Source: Felis catus (Eukaryota). From it: DNA of 64,000 bases. The first letter of the stretch is position 1. Every line of letters starts with the position of its first letter. The stretch covers positions 175,772,001 through 175,836,000 of the forward strand of contig NC_058368.1 in assembly GCF_018350175.1 (NCBI RefSeq). The letters are read 5' to 3'. Shown piece after piece: positions 61,401-64,000 of this stretch. Below the pieces are notes generated by a model that saw only the letters and a program-made list of their open reading frames with translations, had not been told where the DNA came from and did no database searches. Both the position numbers and the translations under genes were made by a program.

Positions 61401-62510
61401 AATAACTCCGGAGGACAAGCCTTTCCTTTCACCTTCTCCTGCCTTCTTAGTGAGCCTGGGGGACCTGAGGTCACAGAACGGGACTAGAGTTCCAGCCGCA
61501 ACACCAAAGGCACTGTCCCCGTCAGGTTGAAACTGTTTCTTCGGGCATAAAATAGAACTCGAGAGTTCTACTTTGGAGGGCTTGGGGAAGACTGAAAAGA
61601 GCTCTCAAGGCATATGGATAAGGGAGAAATGGGATTTTATCGAGGAAAATGAAAGATAGATCCCTAAGGGATATGCACCGTACAGGGGGGTGAGGTATCT
61701 CTGGCCAAGGGAGAGAGTGAGGAAAGACATTCGTATTTTCATGTTTTCTAATAGGGATGGGATCGCCAAAAAATGTTATGAGGGACGTTACCGCAACAAT
61801 GGTGAATCTGAATACCGTCTGCAGATGACGCAGTATTGCCTCCGTGTTAATGTTCCTGATTCTGACGAGTGAACTAGGCAGTGGAGAGAACGACCGCGTT
61901 CTTAGGAAATACCCACCAAACTATTCCCGGGTGAAGGCGTATCATGTCTACAATGTTCTCCCAAAAGGCTCGGATTATAAAAATAATACTTTGTATTTAG
62001 AGAAATGACAAAGCAAATGTGGCAAAAATACTAACAACCGATCAGGCGGACAAAAGGTGTTTGGAAAGTCTGCACTATTCCTGCAACTTTTCAGCATTAT
62101 TTCAAAAGGAGAGTTTTCTAAAAGACCTTGAAAATGTTTGCTCTTCCATATTGTTTGAATCTTACTCAATAAGAATACATTTACACGTTACTAGAGTGTT
62201 CAGTGCTTTTAACGATTAAATAGACACAGTAAGTAACACCTCTTGTGAACTGTAAATCTTCAATTGTTAAGTATCAATTATTATGTTGTTCTGTTTATTA
62301 CTAATATGGCTATTATACTTACTGTAATATATTATTAATACATTATTAATTTATATTATTATTATTGACATTGCTAACATTTCGAGTTGTTCTCGAATTT
62401 CAGGGAGCTGGCTGCCTTCGGGTGTCCCCCGTCTCCCCAACCCAGGTCATTTTCCGCTTTCCTACCTGGACCTGGCCCCAGAAGTTCACGCCCCCAGCCC
62501 ACAGGCTTTC

Positions 62511-62543
62511 GGCAGTGCCCCCTCTGTCCACCAGGGGGCGCTC
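62511..62543 (+). promoter_or_regulatory. Candidate CTCF site with upstream motif
   Basis: Core TGTCCACCAGGGGGCGCTC (62525-62543), preceded after a 5-nt spacer by GGCAGTGCC, which resembles the upstream motif read by zinc fingers 9-11. Confidence 0.7.
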
Positions 62544-64000
62544 GCAACACCTTCTTGTCGACACCCGCTGGCACCGCAGAGCCTGAAAAGCAGGCGCTGA
62601 ACCACAGGACCGCAGGACCTCCGCCACTGTAGGACGAAGGGAACCTGCCAACCCCCGTCCAGAAGCTCTGGGATCTCTGACATCCAGCTCAATTCCCTGC
62701 GCCCTTCTTTTATTCCCCTGCATAGCTGGCTGGCTATTGGCCCGAGGGTGACATTGAAATGCATAAAATTCAGTAATTAATCCGGGAGGCTGATACGGGG
62801 AAACACAACCAAATCAGCCAACCTTCTACACTGACATTGAAGAGGGCTACACAGAAGTGGCAACGGAGCGGCCCCTGGACCACATCTGGCCCCCAGATAG
62901 ATGTCTTCTGTTCAGCCTTCTTCGTGGTGTCTGAAAACCGGAATTGAGGGTCAGTTTTTAAATTGGGAGATTTCACATAAAATCCAGATTGCTGTTTTTG
63001 CTTATAATATGGGGTGACAGGAGCCCACGTCATCACATGGCAACATCTCTGGCGCTGTGGTTTCCCCCTTTGGACTGGACATACACCCCATCTCACCATA
63101 GTTCCCACCAAGCCCTACTGCCTCACCTTGGAACCACCTCACTGCCTGTCACCTCTCACGCCTGCTATGTCACCTGCCTGGCGCTTGTAGGGACTGGATT
63201 TGCCACTCGAACCAAAGGCAAGCCTAGATTAGTCAGATACCCTGAGAACAGGCCAGTTCCCATCAGTCACAGTTTCTGGTCAACCGCCATTTAAGAAAAA
63301 CCCTTGAGGTTGCAAGGATTTCAGGGAACAGATTTTTTTTTTTTTAATTATATAATATGTTGCCATGCTCTGTGTCATCATTACAACCACTGTGAAAACA
63401 CAAAAGCAGGCAGTTGAGCTCAGGCCTGGGTGACCTTGAACAGTCACTTAATCTTTCCCTGCCTTAGTTTCCTTGTCTATAAAATGGGGATATTAATAGC
63501 CGTGTAGACTACTTTGGGAATGCGGGAGACAGCCCGTGTCAAAGCACTTAGTGCCTGGCGCAGAGGAAAAGTCAAATAACTGTTAGCAATTATGATTATT
63601 AATCATTACACAGGGCAGCTGAACCCAGGGAAAAATGAGGCCAGTGGTTCCCAACTTGAGTGCATATCAAGGTCACCTGGAGGTCATGTTGCACCCAGAT
63701 GGCTGGGCCCCACCCCTACAGCCACAGTTTTGTGATTCAGTGGGTCTGGGCTGGGGCCTGAGACTGTGCATGTTTTAGTGAGTTCACATGTGAAAACGCT
63801 CTGAAAACTGCTGCTCAACTCACTTAAAGGCAAACTGACCAGTTTGAAACACGTGCCTCCACATTTGCCTACTTCTGGTTGAAAGAGTCCTGGTAAGTAG
63901 TAAAAGTACTAACATATATAAAGTGCTTTAGTGCCTAGCAAAAACAATGCTCAGTAAGTTAGAATTATTCATAATTAAATAGAGAATTACCAGGAGAATC

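Noticed and set aside
1..64000. CRISPR array, operon or other prokaryote-type system
   Set aside because: The DNA is mammalian, and the tandem arrays have no unique spacers or associated genes.

Overview
Mammalian genomic DNA from a felid or close feliform, judged from the dense tRNA-derived CanSINEs of the SINEC_Fc type and a carnivore-type L1. The only protein-coding gene I can support is BOD1 on the + strand. It has a CpG-island promoter at ~16.6-17.5 kb, coding exons 17077-17312, 22427-22551 and 23701-23896, a 3'UTR exon from 24924, and AATAAA at 25670. As written, exon 1 is one base short at ~17215-17217, which frameshifts the gene; an assembly error is the most likely cause, but it needs checking. 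The rest is gene-poor DNA with over 20 CanSINEs, nested L1, MaLR and L2 remnants, a solo ERV LTR and three long purine/pyrimidine tandem arrays. I see no convincing new multi-gene system. The best second-look items are the BOD1 frameshift (with an upstream ATG that would restore the frame), an extended exon-3-skip isoform ORF, a 1.65-kb pyrimidine minisatellite grown out of a SINE in intron 1, a tailless U2 retrocopy in intron 3, and a SINE carrying a captured copy of local unique DNA. Comparisons with human BOD1 and all repeat subfamily names are from memory, not from a database search.
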